From positions 3,534,001 to 3,598,000 of the forward strand of contig CATNEN010000037.1 of NCBI GenBank assembly GCA_950097015.1: 64,000 bases of DNA. Reading direction: 5' to 3'. Each line of letters opens with the position of its first letter. Positions within the stretch are counted from its first letter, which is position 1. This DNA is from Macrostomum hystrix (taxonomy: Eukaryota > Animalia > Platyhelminthes). The position numbers were made by a program, and so were the translations under genes. Shown piece by piece: positions 14,771 to 26,496 of the stretch. Under the pieces are notes generated by a model. It ran no database searches. It was not told the origin of the DNA and was given only the letters and a program-made list of their open reading frames with translations.

Positions 14771-15924
14771 CGAAACGAAACCAACAATGAATCAGGAACC
14801 TATAGGAGACTTACTGATCGTGGTTTAGTGTTCAATACACATGTGTAGGGAGTGTAGCAGTTATACAGCTAATGCAACTTAGGCTTAAATGCTAGAGCAA
14901 ACATTAGCTTTGAATCTGGCTGCTGAAACTCAACCATCATCAAGCATCAGTGCTCGCAGATCCCCATGTCGATATCCCAAACCCACCCAGCACCCCTGTT
15001 TCAACATGCCAAACTTTCAGCCTTGACCAATTGAAACTACACACGGCCCGATATGGTATACACGAGACCATGCATTCTCTGGTCTAAAATTGATCAAAGA
15101 ATGGGAAATGTGTTTTTTCTTTAGTTGGCTTGTTGAACACTATATGTTGTAGTTATGCCCACACTTTGATATACTGTATAAATTCTTTCAGGATTAGAAA
15201 ATTAGAAGAAAAAAATAGAAACTAAACTCACTTTAAGATTCTAAGTGCTAACCTTTCGTTCAGAAGTCAAAACAATAGTTTACGCTGCAGCGAAAACCCA
15301 GTTAGCTAGTTGTCATGGCAGCGACATCTTGTTATTTTCATTGGACTTACCCTGGATATATATTTATATATACATAGTAGATTCTGGGTCAATGAACGAA
15401 CTCGAAGGGAAATGACATCCACGAGAGTATAGAAATAGATCTAGCTGAATGAATAGCAGAAATATAACAAGGAATTTCTTGTCTTTGCGTGCCAGCCCAG
15501 ACACAGCGACTCACTCAAGCATGGATGGAAACCAGAGCTTGTGATTGCAATGCGGGATTTCTCAATCGAGTTATAAGTAGAGGAAGAGAATGTAATCACC
15601 ACATAAATAGGGGAGAACAGCTATTTTAGCCCATATTACCTGCCTCGGGAAATAAGGTGGCAAGTGTAAGAGATGTTAGGAATTTAGGAAATTCATGACA
15701 ACAATTAATTACTATGTTTGAATGTTACATCACTCGGTACTTCAGTTAGTAAGATAATACTACATGTATGTTTGACACTTGAAGATTCAAATATAAACAG
15801 GAATTAAATGAGGTAGAATTGGATATGATCAGTCAAAATTAAAAGCACGAAAATCAGCAGGATTAATAAAAAAATTAAATAAATCAGAGAATAGTGGACA
15901 AGGAAAATAATTTGTATATAGCCG

Positions 15925-16712
15925 AGAAGAGAGTGGAGTGGGTGAGAAGAGAGTATGGTGGGTGAGAGGACAGTGGAGTGGAGTAGGTGAGAAGAGAGTA
16001 TGGTGGGTGAGAGCACAGTGAAGTGGATTGGGTTAGAAGAGAGTATGGTGGGTGAGAGGACAGTGGAGTGGAGCGGGTGAGAAGAGAGTATGGTGGGTGA
16101 GAGGAGAGTGGCTAAAGAGGAGAGTGCGATGGAATGAGTAAGAGGAGAGTGGCGTGGGTAAGAAAAGAGTGGAGTGGGTAAGAGGAGAGTGGAGTGGGTA
16201 AGAGGAGAGTGGCGTGGGTAAGAAAAGAGTGGAGTGGGTAAGAGGAGAGTGGCGTGGGTAAGAAAAGAGTGGAGTGGGTAATAGGAGAGTGGAGTGGGTA
16301 AGAGGAGAGTGGAGTGGGTAAGAGGAGAGTGGAGTGGGTAAGAGAGAGTGGAGTGGGTAAGAGGAGAGTGGAGTGGGTAAGAAAAGAGTGGAGTGGGTAA
16401 GAGGAGAGTGGGATGGAACGGGTGAGATGAGAGTGGAGTGAGTGAGAAGAGAGTATGGTGGGTGAGAGCACATTGAAGTGGATTGGGTGAGAAGAGAATA
16501 TGGTGGGTGAGAGGACAGTGGAGTGGATTGGGTGAGAAGAGAGTATGGTGGGTGAGAGGACAGTGGAGTGGATTGGGTGAAAAGAGAGTATGGTGGGTGA
16601 GAGGACAGTGGAGTGGAGCGGGTGAGAAGAGAGTATGGTGGGTGAGAGGACAGTGGAGTGGAGCGGGTGAGAAGAGAGTATGGTGGGTGAGAAGACAGTG
16701 GAGTGGGGTGTG
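15925..16712. repeat. Composite 45-bp / 20-bp G-rich minisatellite
   Basis: 45-bp GAGAAGAGAGTATGGTGGGTGAGAGGACAGTGGAGTGGAGCGGGT on the flanks, 20-bp GAGTGGAGTGGGTAAGAGGA in the middle. Confidence 0.9.
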
Positions 16713-16750
16713 AGAAGAATCGGAAAACGCAAGCAACGGTTTGGCAGCAC

Positions 16751-16829
16751 ATTTGCCTAAAAATGAAGAAGTGAGGAGAACAAAATTTAGCAGAAGAGAG
16801 TGACAGTGCCTACTCTGCTGTGACTGCAT
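16751..16829 (-). CDS. Candidate signal-peptide first exon of the IgSF gene
   Basis: ATG at 16829 gives MQSQQSRHCHSLLLNFVLLTSSFLGK plus 1 nt (phase 1). Joined to the Ig exon it reads ...FLGKSADA/LSV, an A-x-A cleavage motif. The donor GTGCTG is weak. Confidence 0.3.
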
Positions 16830-18448
16830 GGCTACCTTGTCTAGCCAAACCCTGGCCTAAAGCTTAAGTGGATTTCTCTGTCCTGTGCCTGGAGCATGCA
16901 TGACCCGTCCATGGACACGCATGCGGGAGGTAGGTGCATGGTATTAGGCGAATAGAATCAGGGGCTGGATTTGCCTTCAACATTTCTACATACAGGACGA
17001 TTTGTTAGTCGAACAGAACTGGCAGCTGCAGCTGCGGGCTACAAATAAACAGAAGACTATATTACGAGTAGATACTGGAGGAACCTAAAGCTGAAAATTG
17101 TGTATATAAATTTAGGTAATTTGCCAAGGCTTTGGCTCGGGAAAATCTGAAAAACTGGTCAAGAACGAGATGTGCTAATAGAGTATAAGCATGCCAAGAG
17201 AATGTGGAGGACCACCAGAGGTGAACATCACTGGGGAGTCATTAAAAACAAGCGAAAATTACTGTGACCATGCTGCAGCATGGGTGGCAAAGACAGTCTG
17301 GTTGCCAGTTGCCACTAAATTAGCGATTCAAGTGCTGAAGTGGGTCGGGTCAGGCAGCAAAGAATCCTACGTCTTAGAGACAATGCCACTTAGCCATGAG
17401 AGAAGGCAGATAAAAACCAAACAAATGAGCAAAAAATGCATGCGGAGAGCCTGCATGTTGAGCACTTGGTGTGCTAAGAAGAAGTGAAACTCTGAGTGAA
17501 AGCAAATGCTTTTAACCAGGTAAAGTCCCACTTACATTTGCAGTTGTAGCAGCTCACAATTACAGTAAACAGTAGTGCCAATCTGCATCTCAGAAGCCGA
17601 GTCGTCTTTGTCGATGCTGACGAAGCCAACAACGAATAGGCTGATGATGTTGACATTGTTATTCTGCTGCCCTGTTGTTCTTTAACTTCAATCTGTTTTG
17701 CTCCATCAAGAGATGGATAAAAACAGCCTTCCAAATTAACTTAAGATTAAACGCCCGCCTTCCAGTCGATTTTTTCTTTATCGTGTTCAAATAAAGACAG
17801 TTTGTCCACTGAACGAGAACGCGATACACTGGCGCAGGCTCTTTTCGTCCGATAGATAGGCCGATCGTTTTGAGTTTAGTTTTTTCAAAGGTTTTGATGC
17901 CTTCATTATAAGTTCAGGATTCAAACAGCGATGTGTTAAACTTAAAGCGAAGGCTGTGGAACGGCCTTGGGAGGGGCCTCGGCCAATTAGGCGATGTGGT
18001 TATTTCATTGGTTCCGGAGAATTTTCGGCTAGCAAAGCATTGGGGTGGCGGGTGAACTGGGGTGGTGGATTGGGGTAGACTTGGAATGAGAGGTGTGGGC
18101 CCCGTTCGGCTTGTATGTGAAAAGCTTAGGGGCCCCAAATTATCTTACCCTGCGTATTTAAATTTGCGCTCGGAATGTTAAGATACAAAGAGTTATTCTT
18201 ATAAATTAACAATTCACTGAGCTTGTTGATCTTCTTGACTCGTGTTCATCTCGACTCCTTTCCGTGGTCTCATAAACCTTTACTTCTTCAACTTATTTCA
18301 GTGTCCTATTGTTTGCAATAAAATTTTGAATAGCTTTTTTCTGTATCTGTTATATGGTTAGAAATGGAGATTCTAGCCCTCATTTTCGCCCTCATGAGAA
18401 AATGTCTGACAGAATGGCAGAATGAGCTCATTTTTCGTTTTTTCTTTC

Positions 18449-18463
18449 GTTAGCCAGAGCAAC
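18449..18463 (+). promoter_or_regulatory. Candidate RFX X-box upstream of the TTLL10-like gene
   Basis: GTTAGC-CAG-AGCAAC versus consensus GTNRCC-N0-3-RGYAAC (1 mismatch), about 700 bp upstream of the putative ATG. Confidence 0.25.
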
Positions 18464-19143
18464 GCTAACACTATTCTCTCTTATTTCTCTACAAGCGGGG
18501 CTTGTGGCAAGTGCATTAATCCTGCACTGGGGACCACACACACTGTAGCCTCTGTAGGACTGTACAAAAAATTAGTAGAGGTTGAACTTTACGAATAAAA
18601 GCATCAATACGTCTGGTACCTTTTTCAACGTATAAATCAATACTATACTATGTTAAATACATTTATGGTGAGTATAGATTGAGCACACCTTAACCACGAT
18701 CGGACTTACGAGTATAATATGATACTCTGGCCTGGAATCCCTGATGAAGCAGCTGACACTTCTCTTCTATACAACTAACAGCGACTGCGGCGGCGGCGGC
18801 GGCGGCAGCACAAACAGGAAGTTGAAAAAGAATCAACTTCTCAGTGTAGACTAGCGCATTTATCCGGTGTGTTTTAAAAGTACTTTAGTCTGCTGCGTGT
18901 AACAATAAAACTGCAAAATTTTCTAAGGCATAAATGGGAAGGATGCTAGAGATTGAGCATCCCACTGAGAGATTGAGCCACTGAGCCGGAACAATTCAAC
19001 TATCCGGCTCTACACTATGAATTTTTGCTCAGACCTCTATGGCTGAGACCCTCTGCAGTTTGATTGAACAGGACCACTTTGTGTGAATTGAGCATTCTGA
19101 GGATGCAGATCGGATCAACTCTCTATCGTTTCCGAGACTTAAC

Positions 19144-19276
19144 ATGACTTCACATAGACTTCACAAATTAGCCGCTTGCATGGCTCCAGCAATGAAATTA
19201 CTAAAGATTTTCAAAAACTTGACTAAAATACGGCAGCAGGCGGCTGGCCCGACGCGATTTGTCGCTGTGAAGACAC
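19144..19276 (+). CDS. Putative first coding exon of the TTLL10-like gene
   Basis: ATG 19144, MTSHRLHKLAACMAPAMKLLKIFKNLTKIRQQAAGPTRFVAVKT plus 1 nt, donor c|gtacgt. Phase 1 matches the downstream acceptors. Confidence 0.5.
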
Positions 19277-19311
19277 GTACGTCTCTATATTTGGCTGCTC
19301 CAGAAATGAGA

Positions 19312-20092
19312 GGCAGACATGAGACATGGGAAAGTTAAGACAGGGGAGAAATAAGACAATGTAAAGAGGTGAGACAAGGTAGTGATGTGACAGGGTAGAG
19401 ATGAGACATGAGAGAGATAATTCACAAGAGAGATGATACACAAGAGAGATGATACACAAGATACATGGTACACAAGAGAGATGATACACAAGAGAGATGA
19501 TACACAAGATAGATGATACACAAGATACATGGTACACAAGAGAGATGATACACAAGAGAGATGATACACAAGAGACATGATACACAAGCTACATGGTACA
19601 CAAGAGAGATGATACACAAGATAAATGAGACACAAGAGAGATGATATACAAGATAAATGAGACACAAGAGAGATGATACACAAGATAAATGAGACACAAG
19701 AGAGATGATACACAAGAGACATGATACACAAGAGAGATGATACACAAGAGAGATGATACACAAGAGACATGATACAAAAGCTACATGGTACACAAGAGAG
19801 ATGATACACAAGATAAATGATACACAAGAGAGATGATACACAAGAGACATGATACACAAGAGAGATGATACACAAGAGACATGATGCACAAGATAAATAA
19901 GACACAAGAGAGATGATACACAATATACATTTTACACAACAGAGATGATACAAAAGAGACATGAGACACGAGAGAGTTGATACACAAGAGACATGATACA
20001 AAAGAGACATGAGACACGAGAGAGATGAGACGGGGAGAGATGAGACAGGGTAGGAATGAGACGGGAGGGATGAGACAGGGGGATGAGACACC
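19312..20092. repeat. 16-bp minisatellite in TTLL intron 1
   Basis: Unit GATACACAAGAGAGAT and variants. Confidence 0.93.
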
Positions 20093-20289
20093 ATATAGAT
20101 AAGAAATTGTCTGATTAGAAAAAATAGCTTGTCATGTGCAAGTACTAATACTTTTTCTTTCGCTTACAAGTAGTATGATGCACATATTTTCAGTCGCTTT
20201 AGCTTCATCTTTTATTTTTTTAATTCCCAGTTGTTATTAACTTTTTAAGCTTTCGTTGCTTTGATTTAATTATTATTTTTATTTCACAG

Positions 20290-20352
20290 CCGAAGCCAAC
20301 GGAAGAACATGCAGCGACTACAATGAAGCCTTGAAGCTGGCGAGCCATGGCG
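20290..20352 (+). CDS. Putative second exon of the TTLL10-like gene (3' boundary uncertain)
   Basis: Strong acceptor tattatttttatttcacag|cc. Only the phase 1 frame stays open (PEANGRTCSDYNEALKLASHG...). A phase 1 donor g|gtagct lies at 20353; the frame otherwise runs to TGA at 20439-20441. Confidence 0.45.
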
Positions 20353-20439
20353 GTAGCTTGAAGTCGCCCAACAATAAATCTATGTCGTCTAACTATGTTC
20401 CTGAGAAGCCAAGCAAGTCAACCAAATTCGACTTTGTTT

Positions 20440-22720
20440 GATATCGGTTAATTGGGATTTCGGCTATATCGGTTAATTGGGATTTCGGTTAATTGGGATT
20501 TCGGCTATATCGGTTAATTGGGATATCGGCTATATCGGTTAATTGGGATATCGGCTATATCGGTTAATTGAGATATCGGCTATATCGGTTAATTGGGATA
20601 TCGGCTATAACGGTTAATTGAGATATCGGCTATAACGGTTAATTGGGATATCGGCTATATCGGTTAATTGAGATATCGGCTATATCGGTTAATTGGGATA
20701 TCGGCTATATCGGTTAATTGAGATATCGGCTATAACGGTTAATTGGGATATCGGCTATAACGGTTAATTGGGATATCGGCTATAACGGTTAATTGAGATA
20801 TCGGCTATATCGGTTAATTGGGATATCGGCTATATCGGTTAATTGAGATATCGGCTATAACGGTTAATTGGGATATCGGCTATAACGGTTAATTGAGATA
20901 TCGGCTATATCGGTTAATTGGGATTTCGGCTATATCGGTTAATTGGGATTTCGGCTATATCGGTTAATTGGGATTTCGGCTATATCGGTTAATTGGGATA
21001 TCGGCTATATCGGTTAATTGGGATTTCGGCTATATCGGTTAATTGGGATTTCGGCTATATCGGTTAATTGGGATATCGGCTATAACGGTTAATTGGGATA
21101 TCGGCTATATCGGTTAATTGGGATATCGGCTATAACGGTTAATTGGGATTTCGGCTATATCGGTTAATTGGGATATCGGCTATATCGGTTAATTGAGATA
21201 TCGGCTATAACGGTTAATTGAGATATCGGCTATATCGGTTAATTGAGATATCGGCTATATCGGTTAATTGAGATATCGGCTATATCGGTTAATTGGGATA
21301 TCGGCTATATCGGTTAATTGAGATATCGGCTATAACGGTTAATTGGGATTTCGGCTATATCGGTTAATTGGGATTTCGGTTAATTGGGATTTCGGCTATA
21401 TCGGTTAATTAAGATTTCGGTTAATTGGGATTTCGGCTATATCGGTTAATTGGGATTTCGGCTATATCGGTTAATTGGGATATCGGCTATAACGGTTAAT
21501 TGGGATATCGGCTATATCGGTTAATTGGGATATCGGCTATATCGGTTAATTGGGATATCGGCTATATCGGTTAATTGGGATATCGGCTATATCGGTTAAT
21601 TGAGATATCGGCTATAACGGTTAATTGAGATATCGGCTATATCGGTTAATTGAGATATCGGCTATAACGGTTAATTGAGATATCGGCTATATCGGTTAAT
21701 TGGGATTTCGGCTATAACGGTTAATTGGGATTTCGGCTATATCGGTTAATTGGGATTTTGGCTATATCGGTTAATTGGGATATCGGCTATATCGGTTAAT
21801 TGGGATATCGGCTATATCGGTTAATTGGGATATCGGCTATATCGGTTAATTGGGATTTCGGCTATATCGGTTAATTGGGATATCGGCTATATCGGTTAAT
21901 TGGGATTTCGGCTATATCGGTTAATTGGGATATCGGCTATATCGGTTAATTGGGATTTCGGCTATAACGGTTAATTGGGATTTCGGCTATAACGGTTAAT
22001 TGGGATTTCGGCTATAACGGTTAATTGGGATTTAGGCTATATCGGTTAATTGGGATTTCGGCTATAACGGTTAATTGGGATTTCGGCTATATCGGTTAAT
22101 TGAGATATCGGCTATAACGGTTAATTGGGATTTCGGCTATAACGGTTAATTGGGATTTCGGCTATAACGGTTAATTGGGATTTCGGCTATAACGGTTAAT
22201 TGGGATTTCGGCTATAACGGTTAATTGGGATTTCGGCTATATCGGTTAATTGGGATTTCGGCTATAACGGTTAATTGGGATTTCGGCTATATCGGTTAAT
22301 TGGGATTTCGGTTAATTGGGATTTCGGCTATATCGGTTAATTGGGATTTCGGTTAATTGGGATTTCGGCTATATCGGTTAATTGGGATTTCGGTTAATTG
22401 GGATTTCGGCTATATCGGTTAATTGGGATTTCGGCTATATCGGTTAATTGGGATATCGGCTATAACGGTTAATTGGGATATCGGCTATATCGGTTAATTG
22501 GGATTTCGGCTATATCGGTTAATTGGGATTTCGGTTAATTGGGATTTCGGCTATATCGGTTAATTGGGATTTCGGTTAATTGGGATTTCGGCTATATCGG
22601 TTAATTGGGATTTCGGCTATATCGGTTAATTGGGATTTCGGCTATATCGGTTAATTGGGATATCGGCTATATCGGTTAATTGGGATATCGGCTATATCGG
22701 TTAATTGGGATTTCGGTTAA
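20440..22720. repeat. 25-bp minisatellite (left part of a 4.1-kb array)
   Basis: Unit GGGATWTCGGCTATAWCGGTTAATT with occasional 16-bp deletion units. Confidence 0.97.
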
Positions 22721-24530
22721 TTGGGATTTCGGTTAATTGGGATTTCGGCTAATTGGGATTTCGGCTAATTGGGATTTTGGCTAATTGGGATATCGGCTAA
22801 TTGGGATTTCGGCTAATTGGGATATCGGCTAATTGGGATTTCGGCTAATTAGGATTTCAGCTAATTGGGATATCGGCTAATTGGGATTTCAGCTAATTGG
22901 GATATCGGCTAGTTGGGATTTAGGCTAGTTTGGATTTAGGATAGTTGGGATTTGGGCTAGTTGAGATTTAGGCTAGTTGGGATTTCGGCTAGTTTGGATT
23001 TAGGATAGTTGGGATTTGGGCTAGTTGGGATTTAGGTTAGTTTGGATTTAGGCTAGTTTGGATTTAGGCTAGTTGGGATTTGGGCTAATTGGGATTTAGG
23101 CTAGTTGGGATTTAGGCTAGTTGGGATTTAGGCTAGTTGGGATTTGGGCTAGTTGGGATTTAGGCTGATTGGGATTTAGGCTAGTTGGGATTTAGGCTAG
23201 TTGGGATTTAGGCTAGTTGGGATTTAGGCTAGTTGGGATTTAGGCTAGTTGGGATTTAGGCTAGTTGGGATTTAGGCTAGTTGGGATTTGGGCTAATTGG
23301 GATTTAGGCTAGTTGGGATTTAGGCTAGTTGGGATTTAGGCTAGTTGGGATTTAGGCTAGTTGGGATTTCGGCTAGTTGGGATTTAGGCTAGTTAGGATT
23401 TGGGCTAATTGGGATTTAGGCTAGTTTGGATTTAGGATAGTTGGGATTTGGGCTAGTTGAGATTTAGGCTAGTTGGGATTTCGGCTAGTTTGGATTTAGG
23501 ATAGTTGGGATTTAGGTTAGTTTGGATTTAGGATAGTTGGGATTTAGGCTAGTTGGGATTTAGGCTAGTTGGGATTTAGGCTAGTTGGGATTTGGGCTAA
23601 TTGGGATTTAGGCTAGTTGGGATTTAGGCTAGTTGGGATTTAGGCTAGTTGGGATTTAGGCTAGTTGGGATTTCGGCTAGTTGGGATTTAGGCTAGTTAG
23701 GATTTGGGCTAATTGGGATTTAGGCTAGTTTGGATTTAGGATAGTTGGGATTTGGGCTAGTTGAGATTTAGGCTAGTTGGGATTTCGGCTAGTTTGGATT
23801 TAGGATAGTTGGGATTTGGGCTAGTTGGGATTTAGGTTAGTTTGGATTTAGGATAGTTGGGATTTGGGCTAATTGGGATTTAGGCTAGTTGGGATTTAGG
23901 CTAGTTTGGATTTAGGATAGTTGGGATTTGGGCTAATTGGGATTTAGGCTAGTTGGGATTTAGGCTAGTTGGGATTTAGGCTAGTTGGGATTTAGGCTAG
24001 TTGGGATTTCGGCTAGTTGGGATTTAGGCTAGTTAGGATTTGGGCTAATTGGGATTTAGGCTAGTTTGGATTTAGGATAGTTGGGATTTGGGCTAGTTGA
24101 GATTTAGGCTAGTTGGGATTTCGGCTAGTTTGGATTTAGGATAGTTGGGATTTGGGCTAGTTGGGATTTAGGTTAGTTTGGATTTAGGATAGTTGGGATT
24201 TGGGCTAATTGGGATTTAGGCTAGTTGGGATTTAGGCTAGTTTGGATTTAGGATAGTTGGGATTTGGGCTAGTTGGGATTTAGGCTAGTTGGGATTTCGG
24301 CTAGTTGGGATTTCGGCTAGTTGGGATTTAGGCTAGTTTGGATTTAGGATAGTTGGGATTTGGGCTAGTTGGGATTTAGGCTAGTTGGGATTTGGGCTAA
24401 TTGGGATTTAGTCTAGTTGGGATTTAGGCTAGTTTGGATTTAGGATAGTTTGCATTTGGGCTATAGTTGGGATTTCGGCTAGTTGGGATTTCGGCTAGTT
24501 GGGATTTCGGCTAGTTGGGATTTCGGCTAT
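22721..24530. repeat. 16-bp minisatellite (right part of the same array) with higher-order blocks
   Basis: Unit GGGATTTAGGCTAGTT and variants. Confidence 0.97.
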
Positions 24531-24722
24531 TCGTTATTTCAGGATTTAGGCTATAGTGAAAAAGGATTTTAAGCGACTTTGACGAAATAGGGTTTAAACG
24601 AATTGTGATTCAAGATCTTGACACTTGATGATTATCACGCCTTCAAAAATAGCACATTTCGAAGAAACATTGAGGTTTCACTTGGCTCTCAATGTTGTGC
24701 TCTATCCTTGCTCCTTTCGCAG

Positions 24723-26098
24723 GGAAATCAGATGCAGACAGATTTAAGCAGACAGAACAGCACAGTCTGAAAGTCATTCCAATTAAGAACAACTCGCTTT
24801 ACGATATCGGCCTGGTCACTGAGAAGCTCAACAAATTCCCTGTTATAAAAATCCGCCGGGAGGGCAAGTACTATGTGAGCTCGAAGAACGTACTGCACGA
24901 ACCCCACCCCAAGTTCAGGCGGGACAGCAATGGAATCGTGATACCGACTATTAACAAAGAATTTCTAAATCCTATAGAAAGCATTGTCAGCAGGTTCTGC
25001 GAAGACGTATTGTGCATTAGCCGGGCGAAAGAGTTGTCACTGAATTCACAGGGCGAGCGACACCTGATCTGGGTGGGTGCTATGAAGGCCAAGCAGATTA
25101 TCAACCGTCTTACTGGTAATGGCTGCTTTATTGTTAACCGGTTTCCGGGCGATATATTCCTGAAAGACAAGCAAGTGATGGGCGTCACACTGAGGCGGTA
25201 CATGTTGGAGCGCCACAATTATTGTCTGAAAAAGTGTGGCTCACACTTAGATTACGACGGTCCGGAGACTTATCGCATCTGTTCGCATATGGTGGGATCC
25301 ATGCAAACTGACAAGGAAGGCTGCAAAAGCCAAGCGTGTTTCAACTATCGCAAGACACTGTGCAAGCACATGGATATCTTCATACCAGAGGTACAAAGCT
25401 TCTCTTCGTACAATGCGCTGCAGCTATTTTCAAACCGGCTTGATGGTGAATTGAAGGGCCAGTTGTTTGTTTGCAAACCTGCGTACCTCACTAAAGGTAG
25501 GGGCTTTCAATTCTTTCACAGAAGTGAAGAGTTTCAAAAGTTCTACCACATGACCTTGGGCAAGGAAACGTCACGGCACGACTTTCTTGTCCAGCGCATG
25601 ATCGATGAACCATACCTGTTCGATGGGTACAAAGTAGACATCAGAGCATTCTTGCTCATCGTTACGCTGCGCAACCGGCGTGTCGTGGCCTTTTTGAACC
25701 CGGGCTTCTGTCGCATAGCCTCGGTAAAGTACGAGTCTTTCACAGAATCTGAAGACAACAATGGCAACACGGATGCACAGACAATAAATAAAATGCGCCA
25801 GCAAGAAGCCGATGCTCTCGATGCTAAGATGCAGATGCTTGTCTGTTCGTACCAGTCACAGAAGGAGAAGGCCGACAGGGCCATGCGGATTAGCGAGAGC
25901 CACCTGCTCACTGTCAGTGAAGACCGGTCCAAGAAGCTCGAGGAAGTGTTTGGCCCTGATTCTCTGTTGGCTACCATCAAGGATCAGATCACGCACATTG
26001 GTATACGTATAGCTACTGCCATCGAGAATAAGATCTGGGACGCCTACGGATGCTATCAGATTTTCGGAATGGACTTTTCCGTGGATCAGAACGATAAG
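24723..26098 (+). CDS. TTLL10: Main exon of a tubulin-tyrosine-ligase-like (TTL/TTLL ATP-grasp) protein, TTLL10-like
   Basis: Acceptor gctcctttcgcag|gg, donor aag|gtaaga. Motifs NRFPG..KD, VCKP....GRG, VQRMI.EPYLFDGYKVDIR, G..R.AS.KY and YQIFGMDF.VD match the TTL family. Confidence 0.85.
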
Positions 26099-26169
26099 GT
26101 AAGACTTTACAGGTATGATTCACGAGCCGCAACACACCAAATGCAGTGAGCTCTTTCGAATGTCCTTAG

Positions 26170-26394
26170 GTGTGGCTTCTAGATGTGAACAGCCATGCAA
26201 TGAATGAAGTAGACATACTAAGCCCCACTCAACGCGCTGTCGTTCCCGCCGTGATTATGGAGTCGCTGGGCCTGGTGATGGAGTGCATGTTCAAGTCCAG
26301 CAAAGGCCTGCGGTTGCGCAAATCTCCTTATAATGAGTTTGAGGAGACTGGCCTTCTGTTTCAGCAGAACTTCGACTTCGTGTTCTCCACGCTG
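26170..26394 (+). CDS. TTLL10: TTLL10-like exon carrying the WLL(E/D)VN motif and C-terminal helix
   Basis: Follows a 71-nt intron (ccttag|gtg). VWLLDVNSH...AVVPAVIMESLGLVMECMFKSSKG resembles my recollection of TTLL10 VWLLE.NSNP...EVIPGVVIETLDLVLETFRKSLRG. Donor ctg|gtgggt, phase 0; alternatively reads through to TAA at 26403. Confidence 0.8.
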
Positions 26395-26496
26395 GTGGGT
26401 TAAATCTCATTTGTACTTTTAATTGAATACACACACCCACTCGATCCATCTAATAGTCTCATCTGCTTCCCATACTGGTCTTCTGATATCATCCAC

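Noticed and set aside
22721-24530. Telomere-like TTTAGG cores
   Set aside because: Embedded in a 16-bp unit visibly derived from the adjacent 25-mer, not (TTAGGG)n or (TTTAGGG)n.
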